A DNA stretch of 28,913 bases, taken from positions 1 through 28,913 of IMG/VR virus record IMGVR_UViG_3300037470_001030; one strand, 5' to 3'. The notes beneath the pieces were generated by a model. The model saw only the letters and a list, made by a program, of their open reading frames with translations. It ran no database searches and had not been told where the DNA came from. Position numbers and translations under genes: made by a program. The stretch comes from a virus (lineage: Duplodnaviria; Caudoviricetes). Shown piece after piece: positions 16,632 to 25,299 of this stretch (position 1 is its first letter; each line of letters begins with the position of its first letter).

Positions 16632-17639
16632 TTAAACCAGGGCGATATTCTCGACCGCCGCGAAGGCGCCCAGGTCTTCCACCACGTAGGCTTCGTTGAC
16701 CGACTGGTAATCTTCGATACGGTCGCGCTTGGCGTTTTCCACGATGTGGCGGCGACGGCTGCCTTCCTGGTAATACACCGACAGGTTATCCAGCCGGGTG
16801 ACGGCAATGGTGTTGGCCGGGAAGTTCGGCACGCGTACCGCCGGCAGGCCACCGACGCGCTTGCCGGAAATGATCAGATCCAGGGCGCGGTTTTCACTGG
16901 GCTGCTCGTAGGTTTCCAGCAGGGGGAAGTATTTATCCGCCAGCAGCTGGCGACCGATGATGGCCACCAGCTCGGTATCGTCCTGGTACCAGGGTTCGAT
17001 CAGGTTGTTGGTGACATCGAACACCAGCGAGTCCAGGTTCTTGTAATCGCCGGTGGCGCCCACGTTGACAGCGCCGGATGCGGCAACCACTTCGGACATG
17101 ATGCGAGCCGGATCCGCATCGCGCACCTTCTGCAACCAGCCGATGTTGACGTCCTGCAGCAACGGATTGGCGACGCGATCGGAAGTGGCGGCGCGGCTGG
17201 TACCGTTCCAGCCGATGGTCATGCGGTCCAGCGCGATGCGCTTGATGATGGCGTCGCGCATACGCGCCTGGAAGTCTTTATAACGCGCCCAGGTGTCCAG
17301 CTTGGCATAGGTGACATGAGTGTCGAAGTTGGTCTGGGTACACAGATAGCCCTGCCCATCGAGGGTGGTGGGATCCTGGGTGGCGCGATCCTGCACCGTG
17401 GTGTCGGTGGTGCCGGCGATGGTGGAGCCGATACCCAGCCCCAGCTTCTCGCCCTGCTGGTCGGTGACGCCGATCACGTTAATGCGGCTCATGAATTCAG
17501 ATGAATCCTGAATGCGTGATTCCAGTGTCTGTTCCACCGGCGTGGTGACGGCAAATTTCTTGGCGGCGTCGGCTACGCCGTTGAGGGTCGCTACCTGATT
17601 GCAGTAGGCTTCAAATTGTTTGCGTGTTTCGTTGCGCAT
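16632..17639 (-). CDS. gpN: Major capsid protein N
   Basis: MRNETRKQF, ALDRMTIGWNG, NPLLQDVNIGWLQK, LDNLSVYYQEG, SVNEAYVVED. Confidence 0.97.
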   Translation of the reverse strand: MRNETRKQFEAYCNQVATLNGVADAAKKFAVTTPVEQTLESRIQDSSEFMSRINVIGVTDQQGEKLGLGIGSTIAGTTDTTVQDRATQDPTTLDGQGYLCTQTNFDTHVTYAKLDTWARYKDFQARMRDAIIKRIALDRMTIGWNGTSRAATSDRVANPLLQDVNIGWLQKVRDADPARIMSEVVAASGAVNVGATGDYKNLDSLVFDVTNNLIEPWYQDDTELVAIIGRQLLADKYFPLLETYEQPSENRALDLIISGKRVGGLPAVRVPNFPANTIAVTRLDNLSVYYQEGSRRRHIVENAKRDRIEDYQSVNEAYVVEDLGAFAAVENIALV

Positions 17640-17675
17640 TGGCGTGAGCTCCTGATTCGAATATTTAAAAGTGGC

Positions 17676-18521
17676 TTAGCAATCGGTTGCTATGACGTCA
17701 CCGCCGCCGGCTGCTGCACCTCGGTCCTGATGGCTGGCATCGGGTGACTGGGACAGTTTCTGCGACAGGCTGTTGAATTTTTCCTGCAGGTCATCGTGGG
17801 CCTGCTTTAGGACTTTGAACTGGTCGGCGGAATCGCTGTGCTGTGAGTCCAGCGTTTCGAGTTGTTCAATGACCGCCTGCTGGCTCTCGGCAATGGTGGT
17901 GACGCTTTCGCTGATGTCATTAAACTGGGCGTCGTTGTCTTTTTTGTTGCGGCCGAGGATTTCCTGCACCCGGGCGAACAGCGACGGCTTCTCTTTACCT
18001 TTTTCCTTGTCTTCCTTAAATTCCAGATCCACTTCGCAGGCGGCGGTGAACAGGTTCTCCGGACGTTGCTTGCGATCGGCGAACAGAGACACCTCTGCTT
18101 TTGCCGAGAAGGCCATGGCTTCGGTACCCAGCGATGCGGGTGAATCAGTAACCGCCAGGCCGACCAGGTAGGCTTCGCCGGTATCGCTGAAATCCGGGTC
18201 GATTTCAATGGAGCTATACACTTTCTGCTTTCGCTGGTTGATGGCGACCAGCTCCGAGGTGGGCGCGACCTGGGCGTACAGGCCGAGCTTGCCGTCTTCT
18301 TCTTCGGCTTTTACCGCTATCACGTCGCCGAGTGCATTGAAGGCGCTATCGGGTAACAGGCCACGCAGATGCTCCAGCCACACCCGGGCGCCGTATTTTT
18401 TCGGATCGTAGTTGTTGGCCATTTGCTGGATGTGTTCGCGGCTGATTTCGCGGCCATCTGTGGTGGCGCCTTCCTGGGCGACACGAAAGAATTTAGACAC
18501 TAAGTGTTTCATGGGCTTCAC
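17676..18521 (-). CDS. gpO: Capsid scaffolding protein/protease O
   Basis: FFRVAQEGATTDGR, YGARVWLEH, YLVGLAVTDSPASLGTE, C-terminal TDC. Confidence 0.96.
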   Translation of the reverse strand: MKPMKHLVSKFFRVAQEGATTDGREISREHIQQMANNYDPKKYGARVWLEHLRGLLPDSAFNALGDVIAVKAEEEDGKLGLYAQVAPTSELVAINQRKQKVYSSIEIDPDFSDTGEAYLVGLAVTDSPASLGTEAMAFSAKAEVSLFADRKQRPENLFTAACEVDLEFKEDKEKGKEKPSLFARVQEILGRNKKDNDAQFNDISESVTTIAESQQAVIEQLETLDSQHSDSADQFKVLKQAHDDLQEKFNSLSQKLSQSPDASHQDRGAAAGGGDVIATDC

Positions 18522-18563
18522 TCGTTGGTTTGTGCATCGTTTATTTGTGGTGGCTTTGCGGTG

Positions 18564-18662
18564 AGATTCTTTTAAGCGGGCTTCTTTATCAATTGATTGG
18601 CGCGGTAAATGGGGGGTTTACCGTCCGGCAATGTCAGCGCATTTATGCAGTGGGCTTAACCT
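18564..18662. promoter_or_regulatory. Divergent late promoters pO/pP sharing one GTAAA-N7-TTTAC site (18605-18621)
   Basis: TAACCT (+, 18657-18662) and GAATCT (-, 18564-18569) each lie 35 nt from the palindrome edge. Confidence 0.72.
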
Positions 18663-18668
18663 TGCCGC

Positions 18669-20420
18669 ATGAAAACCGAAATACACGAGGATCCGCGCGC
18701 CGAAGCCAGGCAACTGTACTGGCAGGGCTACCGGGTAAAACAGATCGCCGACAAGCTGGGTGAAAAACCGGCCACGGTGCACTCGTGGAAAAAACGCGAC
18801 GACTGGGATTCCACGCCGGTGATTCGCCGGGTGGAAGCATCCATCGATACGCGATTGACACAGCTGATCGCCAAGGACGACAAGACCGACGGCGAGCTGC
18901 GCGAGATCGACGTGCTGACACGGGCGCTGGCACGCTCGGCGCGGATCCGGCGTTATGACCAGGGCGGTACCGAGGCGGACCTGAATCCCCGGATAAAAAA
19001 CCGTAACCGCGGACCGAAAAAACCGCCACGCAAAAACTATCTCGATGAAGAGCAGATCGAGAAACTGGTCGAGGCCTTCGACGAGTCCCTGTTCGGTTAT
19101 CAGCGTGAGTGGAAAGACGCCGGGGAAAATCACCGCATACGGAACATTTTAAAATCGCGCCAGATTGGCGCTACCTGGTATTTTGCCCGGGAGGCGCTGA
19201 TCGATGCCATCACCACCGGTCGAAACCAGATATTCCTCTCCGCCTCGAAAGCCCAGGCCCATGTGTTCAAGCTGTATATCCTGCAGTTCGTGCGCGACAT
19301 CACCGGTGTCGAATTGAAGGGTGATCCCATTGTGTTGTTCAACGGCGCCACCCTGTATTTTCTCGGCACCAATGCGCGCACCGCCCAGTCCTATCACGGC
19401 AACGTGTACATGGATGAATATTTCTGGATTCCGCGCTTCAAGGATTTCCGCAAAGTGGCCAGTGGCATGGCCATGCACAAGAAATGGCGGCAGACCTATA
19501 TTTCCACCCCGTCCGCATTGAGCCACGAGGCCTATCCGTTCTGGTCCGGCGAGCACTACAACCGGGGCCGGCAGAAGAAAGACCATATCCAGCTCAAGGT
19601 GGACCACAAGACGCTGGCCAAGGGCCGGCTGTGTGAGGACGGCCAGTGGCGGCAGATTATCACCGTGGAAGATGCGGTCGCCGGCGGTTGTGACCTGTTC
19701 GACCTGGATCAGCTGCGCATCGAATACAGCGAAGACGAATACAACAACCTGCTGATGTGCCGGTTCATCGATGACACCGCATCGGTGTTCACCTTATCGG
19801 CCCTGCAGCGGGGCATGGTGGACGCGCTGATGCTGTGGGACGACGTGAAGCCATTCGCGCCGCGCCCCTTCGGCGACCGGGCCGTGTGGATCGGCTACGA
19901 CCCCAGCCGCACCCGGGACAACGCCGCCGTGATCGTACTGGCGCCGCCCATGGTGCCAGGCGGCAAGTTCCGGGTGATCGAAAAGATCCTCTGGCAAAAC
20001 ATGGGCTTCGATATCCAGGCGGAGAAAATCAAACAGCTGACCGAGAAGTACAACGTTCAGCACATCGGCATCGATATCACCGGCATCGGCTACGGGGTTT
20101 ATGACCACGTGCGGGCCTTCTTCCCAGCAGCGAAAAAGATCAGTTACAACCCGGAAGTGAAAACCCGCCTGGTATTGAAAGCCCAGGTGGTGATCAGCCA
20201 TGGCCGGCTGGAGTTCGACGCCGGCCACAAGGATATCGCCGCCGCGTTCATGTCGATCCGCAAAACCACCACCCCATCCGGCAAAGGCGTGACCTATGAC
20301 GCGGTGCGCACCGAAGCCGCCGGCCACGGGGACCTGGCCTGGGCCACCATGCACGCACTGGACAACGAACCGCTGCAGGGCAGCAACGCAACCAATCAAT
20401 CCTTCCTGGAGATTTATTAA
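18669..20420 (+). CDS. gpP: Terminase ATPase (large) subunit P
   Basis: N-terminal HTH (LYWQGY...HSWKKRDDWD), LKSRQIGATWYFAREA, YMDEYFW, GYDP, HGDLAWA. Confidence 0.97.
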   Translation: MKTEIHEDPRAEARQLYWQGYRVKQIADKLGEKPATVHSWKKRDDWDSTPVIRRVEASIDTRLTQLIAKDDKTDGELREIDVLTRALARSARIRRYDQGGTEADLNPRIKNRNRGPKKPPRKNYLDEEQIEKLVEAFDESLFGYQREWKDAGENHRIRNILKSRQIGATWYFAREALIDAITTGRNQIFLSASKAQAHVFKLYILQFVRDITGVELKGDPIVLFNGATLYFLGTNARTAQSYHGNVYMDEYFWIPRFKDFRKVASGMAMHKKWRQTYISTPSALSHEAYPFWSGEHYNRGRQKKDHIQLKVDHKTLAKGRLCEDGQWRQIITVEDAVAGGCDLFDLDQLRIEYSEDEYNNLLMCRFIDDTASVFTLSALQRGMVDALMLWDDVKPFAPRPFGDRAVWIGYDPSRTRDNAAVIVLAPPMVPGGKFRVIEKILWQNMGFDIQAEKIKQLTEKYNVQHIGIDITGIGYGVYDHVRAFFPAAKKISYNPEVKTRLVLKAQVVISHGRLEFDAGHKDIAAAFMSIRKTTTPSGKGVTYDAVRTEAAGHGDLAWATMHALDNEPLQGSNATNQSFLEIY

Positions 20421-21415
20421 TGTCTGATCAACACGTGGAAACACATGCACACGCCGAGGTTTTCACCTTCGGTGATCCGGTACCGGTTTTGGATGCCCGG
20501 GAAATTCTCGATTACGTTGAATCCTGGTGGAATGGCGAATGGTACGAACCACCGGTATCCGTCGATGGCCTGGCGAAAAGCTTCCGGGCAAACCCGCACC
20601 ATGGCTCGGCCATTTATGTGAAACGGAATATCCTGGTCAGCTCCTACATTCCCCACAAGCTACTACCCCGGCAGGAGTTCTCCCGCTGGGTGCTGGATTT
20701 CCTGACCTTCGGCAATGCTTACCTCGAAAAGATCGACAACCGCCTGCAGGATCCGCTGCAGCTGAAATCCTCACCGGCCAAGTTCACCCGTAAGGGCCGG
20801 GAGGGTCGCTATTTCTTCGTGCAGAACTGGGTGGACAAGCATGAATTCAAGCCCGGCTCTATATTCCATTTACTAGAGCCCGATGTAAACCAGGAAATCT
20901 ACGGCCTGCCGGAATACCTCTCCGCCCTGCAATCCGCCTGGTTAAACGAGGCGGCCACCCTGTATCGCCGCAAATACTACACCAACGGCAGCCACGCCGG
21001 CTTCGTCATGTACATGACCGACCCGGTGCACGAGGAAGCCGACATCACCAATCTGCGCAACGCGCTCAAGGAAGCCAAAGGCCCGGGCAATTTCCGCAAC
21101 CTGTTCATGTATGCGCCGAATGGCAAAAAGGACGGGATCCAGATCATCCCCATCGCCGAGGTCCAGGCGAAAGATGAATTTTTCAATATCAAGAATGTTT
21201 CACGCGATGACGTACTGGCAGCCCACCGGGTACCGCCCCAGCTGCTTGGCATCGTACCGACCAACACCGCAGGTTTCGGAGATGTGGAAAAGGCCGCCGC
21301 CGTCTTTTCACGCAACGAACTGGAGCCGCTGCAGGAACGATTGAAGGAACTCAACGACTGGCTGGGACAGGAAGTGATCCGGTTCCGGCCATACAGCGTC
21401 ATGGCCGACGCGTAA
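20420..21415 (+). CDS. gpQ: Portal protein Q
   Basis: FTFGDPVPVLD, WYEPPVS, QEIYGLPEYL, GPGNFRNLFMYAPNGKKDG, AAHRVPPQL. Confidence 0.97.
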   Translation: MSDQHVETHAHAEVFTFGDPVPVLDAREILDYVESWWNGEWYEPPVSVDGLAKSFRANPHHGSAIYVKRNILVSSYIPHKLLPRQEFSRWVLDFLTFGNAYLEKIDNRLQDPLQLKSSPAKFTRKGREGRYFFVQNWVDKHEFKPGSIFHLLEPDVNQEIYGLPEYLSALQSAWLNEAATLYRRKYYTNGSHAGFVMYMTDPVHEEADITNLRNALKEAKGPGNFRNLFMYAPNGKKDGIQIIPIAEVQAKDEFFNIKNVSRDDVLAAHRVPPQLLGIVPTNTAGFGDVEKAAAVFSRNELEPLQERLKELNDWLGQEVIRFRPYSVMADA

Positions 21416-21421
21416 AGAGAA

Positions 21422-21520
21422 GCGACGCCTGGGTGGTGACACACCCGAGCGCCGCCGGACACGGTGAATATGCCACCGTACCCAGCAAAGCTTCCCCGCC
21501 TCACGCGTAAGGCGCGGGGA
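21422..21520 (+). promoter_or_regulatory. Three-hairpin structured leader upstream of the methylase
   Basis: H1 21422-21435/21442-21455 (14 positions, 2 mismatches); H2 ACGGTG/CACCGT 21461-21479; H3 TCCCCGC/GCGGGGA 21493-21520. Confidence 0.55.
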
Positions 21521-21562
21521 TATTAACGTTTAACGCTGTGTAACAGCAATAGGAGAAATTCC

Positions 21563-22320
21563 GTGTCCAAACCGATAGTCCCCTGGATGGGCGGCAAGCG
21601 CCGTCTGGCCAAACACATCCTGCCCCTGATGGGCGAGCACACCACCTACGTGGAACCCTTCGCCGGTGGCGCCGCTATGTTCTTCATGAAGGAGCCATCG
21701 AAAGTCGAAGTAATCAATGACATCAACAGTGACCTGGTGAATCTGTACCGCGTGGTGCGGCATCACCTGGACGAGCTGGTCGGCATTTTCGCTGGGCGTT
21801 GATCAGCCGGGAGGATTTTTTGAATGCCAAGAAGATCGACCCCTCAACGCTGACCGACGTCCAGCGCGCCGCCCGGTTCTACTACCTGCAGCGCCAGGCC
21901 TTCGGCGCGAAGATCGAAGGCAGGACATTCGGCACATCACCGTCGACACCGCCGAAGTTCAACCTGCTGCGCATCGAGGAGGATCTGAGCCAGGCGCATT
22001 TGAGGTTAGCTAGAACCTACATCGAGAATCTGCCCTGGGATAAGTGTATCGAGAAATATGATCGGCCAGGGACCCTGTTTTATCTGGATCCGCCTTATTG
22101 GGCAACGGAGGGATATGATGTCGAGTTCGTCTTCGAGCATTATGAGCGGATGGCGGAGCTAGCCTGGAACATCAAAGGCCAGATGATTATTTCTGTGAAC
22201 GATATAGAAGAAATGCGCCAGGTGTTTGATGGCCTGCACATAGATACCTTTAAGCTTAAACATACCGTAGGTGGACAGGGTGGCGTTGAACGCAAAGAGC
22301 TCATAATCAATTCCAGATGA
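21563..22320 (+). pseudogene. Dam-like (D12 class) N6-adenine DNA methyltransferase split by a 1-nt deletion near 21780
   Basis: WMGGKRRLA, YVEPFAGG and EVINDIN in the first frame; FYLDPPY in the second. Adding one base at GT^CGG restores HLDELVRHFRWALISRE. SD AGGAG precedes the GTG. Confidence 0.88.
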
Positions 22321-22346
22321 TCACCTATCAACTTCATGGCGGCAAC

Positions 22347-22375
22347 AAAAAAACCCGGTATAATCCGGGTTTTCT
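22347..22375. terminator. Bidirectional intrinsic terminator
   Basis: AAAACCCGG-tataat-CCGGGTTTT between convergent methylase and ASCH genes. Confidence 0.85.
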
Positions 22376-22377
22376 TA

Positions 22378-22746
22378 TTAAATATACATAAAGGACTGCG
22401 GAGGCGCCTTTACATTATAGGCATCCAGACCCAATAGCCTTTTATATCTCCGTGCTTTTTTTACCTTAATGGCATGACCGATATCTTTTCCATTAAAATA
22501 TTGATCATAATAATCCTTTTCAATCCCGGAATATTTCTTAGTTTCATTCCACAGGTCCTCTACCTCCAGCGAAATAATACAATCGATATCGAATTCCCCA
22601 ATCACTTTTTGCACTGGACTTGATGCATATATCACTACTTTTCGGATGCTAGGGTTTTTAAAAACTGCTCTTCTAAACTCATAGAGCTTTTCACCGGATA
22701 ATATTTTTTCTGCATATTCTGGCTTAATCGATAATAAAACTTTCAT
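22378..22746 (-). CDS. ASCH/PUA-like domain protein
   Basis: LLSIKPEYAEKILSGEKLYEFRR (GxKxxExR), VVIYASSPVQKVIGEF, PPQSFMY; start overlaps the upstream gene by 23 nt. Confidence 0.9.
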   Translation of the reverse strand: MKVLLSIKPEYAEKILSGEKLYEFRRAVFKNPSIRKVVIYASSPVQKVIGEFDIDCIISLEVEDLWNETKKYSGIEKDYYDQYFNGKDIGHAIKVKKARRYKRLLGLDAYNVKAPPQSFMYI

Positions 22747-24253
22747 CGGTATTTGACGCCCTTAAAATAGATTCAAAAGATTCTTTACTTATTTCTTCAA
22801 ATCCCCGAGGCACACTATTAGTACCCGATATTACTCCTAATTCTATTAGCTTTTCCAAATTAGGTCTGCGTGGAAATGAATACGTATACAAGAAGTTTAC
22901 GACAAATGGCCTGTAGCGTCGATTAAAATTCCAATGTTTCTTTAACTCTTCATCAGTAAAGACACTTCGCTTTCTACACAATGCAATAAACTCATCCTCA
23001 TCAGATATTTGCTTGTATACGCTATCAACAACCCCGATTGTCGTAACAACTGAAGTATAGTAGGCACTCCTACCCTGTGCTGCTGTTCGATAGAAGACTA
23101 TTACATCTCCCGGCCTAAGATCCCTATTGATGGACCGAGAAATATACACTTTTTGGATAGCGTTTCTGTGAGGCTCATTCTCAATAAAATCTTTTGGGGA
23201 CTCAGTTTTTAAGATAGAATCCGGAAACAATTCCGTGTGATATGCGGGATAGATTGGGACAATAAAATATCTTCTATTACGATCAATAAAAGGGTATGTC
23301 ATCTTTGGATTATCTTGATCTGCGTCCGGGTGAAAATCCTTAACATATACCAATTCATCTCCTGTTGGCGTATGCTTAACTCCGTGCTCACAAAACCCCC
23401 AGTCCACCAGCATGCCAATAAGGCGATCGTGTTCTTCTGTTTTCCTGAAAAGAGTTACATATATCTCATCCACATGATTTATAAGAGCATTATCAAACAC
23501 GATTTTTAAGAATCTTTCGCCAAGCTTGTATCCATTTGATACAACCTTCAGTGTGCCTATTTTTATACGGTTTTTCTTTTGAAAGACTGGTTCGATATCG
23601 CTATAATTCTCATCATCTCCCTCTCGCTTAATATATAGGAAGGCCAAAATTTCATTGTCATCGGATTGACATATATAAGCCTCTTCGTCTGATTTTCTGT
23701 TGAACCATGCGTCAAATCCCTCGTAATCCGCTCTAAATGAGTCAAAGAAAGAATCGCTTACGTCTATTTCACCAAAGCATTTTTTCCTAACCGAAAGAAC
23801 CCGATAATCCGAGAGGGCCGGGTTTTCAGCAGTTACCTTTTCCAGAAAATCGTCTATAGTGAAAACAGAATTAGCAATTCCAAGCTCGGCCGCTTTAGCA
23901 TGAATCTTTCTATCTTCTGTAATTAAAAAATTTACCCTGTCGGCATAAACTTCTTTAAGCAAAGAAGTATCAATATTATCGTTATCGTTATTATCGTATT
24001 TTTCTCTTATTTTTTTTATATCATCATTTTCAGGGGCTTCGGTTTTAAGTAAATTATAGGTTTTTATCTTTACCTGAATGGTCTTAACAACATCTGGATT
24101 GCTATGCCTCTTTAGCTCTTCAACAGAAAGGGGATGTATGCATTTGTCATATTTTAGCTTATCGAGCCAATTAAACAGGGTACCTATTTCCTCATTGGCG
24201 ATCCTACTCGCCTCCCTGTGAATAAGTATGTTTGTATCAAGTAGCACCCTCAT
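22724..24253 (-). CDS. PIN-GNAT-PUA/EVE-like fusion protein, 509 aa
   Basis: PIN: LLDTNILIHRE, SVEEL, IDTSLL, LITED. GNAT: FFDSFRADY.GF..WF, KIGTLKV...GYKLGERFLK, EIYVT, WGF. C-terminal: IVPIYPAYHTELFP, KVYISRS, LRPGDVIVFYRT, VVTTIGVV. Confidence 0.85.
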   Translation of the reverse strand: MRVLLDTNILIHREASRIANEEIGTLFNWLDKLKYDKCIHPLSVEELKRHSNPDVVKTIQVKIKTYNLLKTEAPENDDIKKIREKYDNNDNDNIDTSLLKEVYADRVNFLITEDRKIHAKAAELGIANSVFTIDDFLEKVTAENPALSDYRVLSVRKKCFGEIDVSDSFFDSFRADYEGFDAWFNRKSDEEAYICQSDDNEILAFLYIKREGDDENYSDIEPVFQKKNRIKIGTLKVVSNGYKLGERFLKIVFDNALINHVDEIYVTLFRKTEEHDRLIGMLVDWGFCEHGVKHTPTGDELVYVKDFHPDADQDNPKMTYPFIDRNRRYFIVPIYPAYHTELFPDSILKTESPKDFIENEPHRNAIQKVYISRSINRDLRPGDVIVFYRTAAQGRSAYYTSVVTTIGVVDSVYKQISDEDEFIALCRKRSVFTDEELKKHWNFNRRYRPFVVNFLYTYSFPRRPNLEKLIELGVISGTNSVPRGFEEISKESFESILRASNTDESFIID

Positions 24254-24265
24254 ATACGCATCCCC

Positions 24266-24796
24266 TTAAAGAATTCCTTCAATAAAACTTCTTATTTGTT
24301 GACGATCACTTATTGGATTACCAGAAAAATATGGAACATCCAGATGATCCGCCACCTGTCTCGAATATTCTATCTCGTCGCTCTGAAATTTTTCTAACAT
24401 TTCTATATCATGACCATGCCTGTCTCGACCCACTAATCGTTCATAGATCACGTTTACATCATCAAAAAGGCAGATGATTGCTTTCGGCTTCATTTCTATA
24501 TAAGTGGATAGCGGAATTTTTGTTATTTCACCGGCGCTATTTAGCAAACAAAAGTGGCCGTCTAATATACAATTTTCATTTGGCTCTAAAAATTCATCGA
24601 GCGCAGAAATTAATATATCTTGGTTTCCAGAAATATCTTTTATATGTTTATTTTTTGGAAAATCTATTTGGGTGTATTTTTTAATCAAGTCACTGGCTGA
24701 ATAATGGTTCAAAGGCAGTTTATCTGATAGAAACTGACATAATGTTGTTTTACCAACTCCATGTATGCCGCCTATAAAAAAGATGCTTTTATTCAT
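24266..24796 (-). CDS. P-loop NMP-kinase-like protein (AAA_17 / archaeal adenylate kinase type)
   Basis: FIGGIHGVGKTT (Walker A), HYSASDLIK, CILDGHF (Walker B), IYERLVGRD lid. Confidence 0.85.
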   Translation of the reverse strand: MNKSIFFIGGIHGVGKTTLCQFLSDKLPLNHYSASDLIKKYTQIDFPKNKHIKDISGNQDILISALDEFLEPNENCILDGHFCLLNSAGEITKIPLSTYIEMKPKAIICLFDDVNVIYERLVGRDRHGHDIEMLEKFQSDEIEYSRQVADHLDVPYFSGNPISDRQQIRSFIEGIL

Positions 24797-24953
24797 ATAA
24801 ATTATTTACCTGGAAACATTGATGCGGAATTCGAACCCTTCTTAATCCATAGACTAGAGCATGTTGGTGACGAGGGTGAACCTCATGGAGAGGGGTAGGT
24901 TCTTGCTTATTAATTGGCGTAATCCGTAATTCATAGGCATTGTCCGTCAGCAC
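24789..24953 (-). CDS. Putative 54-aa leader ORF of the operon, not in the ORF track
   Basis: GGAGG 9 nt before GTG; MLTDNAYELRITPINKQEPTPLHEVHPRHQHALVYGLRRVRIPHQCFQVNNLYE*; stop overlaps the kinase start (ATGAATAA). Confidence 0.45.
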   Translation of the reverse strand: MLTDNAYELRITPINKQEPTPLHEVHPRHQHALVYGLRRVRIPHQCFQVNNLYE

Positions 24954-25009
24954 TTTAAAAAACCTCCAAAATCCGTTTATTTCGTTAATTTATAGTTATT
25001 TAGCGGGTG

Positions 25010-25020
25010 ATGGTATCACA
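25010..25020 (-). promoter_or_regulatory. Possible extended -10 (TGTGaTACCAT) for the cargo operon
   Basis: Lies about 40 nt upstream of the GGAGG; no good -35 seen. Confidence 0.35.
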
Positions 25021-25177
25021 CAGGATATCTATCGAACCATAAGGGATGGGTAACGCAGGAAATTTCCCTCACCCATTCGAGCCAGTCAATGAGGAAGGTT
25101 GCAGCGCCTCATCAAACGTTGATAAATAAGATGGCAAATTGAGCGCACCGCTAAACGGGCACAACCCAGCGCGCGCA

Positions 25178-25196
25178 GTTCTCTCCCCGCCACGCC
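25178..25196 (-). other. cos: cos site (19-nt cohesive end) GGCGTGGCGGGGAGAGAAC
   Basis: Close match to P2 (GGCGAGGCGGGGAAAGCAC) and 186 (GGCGTGGCGGGGAAAGCAT) cohesive ends; followed by TGCGCGC. Confidence 0.88.
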
Positions 25197-25299
25197 TGCG
25201 GGCTAAATGTGTCGTAAATCATGCAGGTGCAAAATGGCAGGAAACGCCGGCCTGGCACAGGGCGCCCAGGTGACGGCCTCCAGGCGGCATCATGCGAAC

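Noticed and set aside
16746-17504. Long antisense ORFs over structural genes (also 14262-14855, 19794-20450, 2794-3330, 6912-7385 and others)
   Set aside because: Shadow frames expected from GC-rich codon bias; no motifs or translation signals.
21770-21802. Programmed frameshift or phase-variable tract in the methylase
   Set aside because: No slippery heptamer or long repeat at the junction; a simple 1-nt loss explains it.
24824-24849. Minus-strand GGGTTCGAATTCC resembling a tRNA T-arm or second att
   Set aside because: The stem pairs poorly, no acceptor strand or CCA follows, and it lies in the putative 54-aa ORF.
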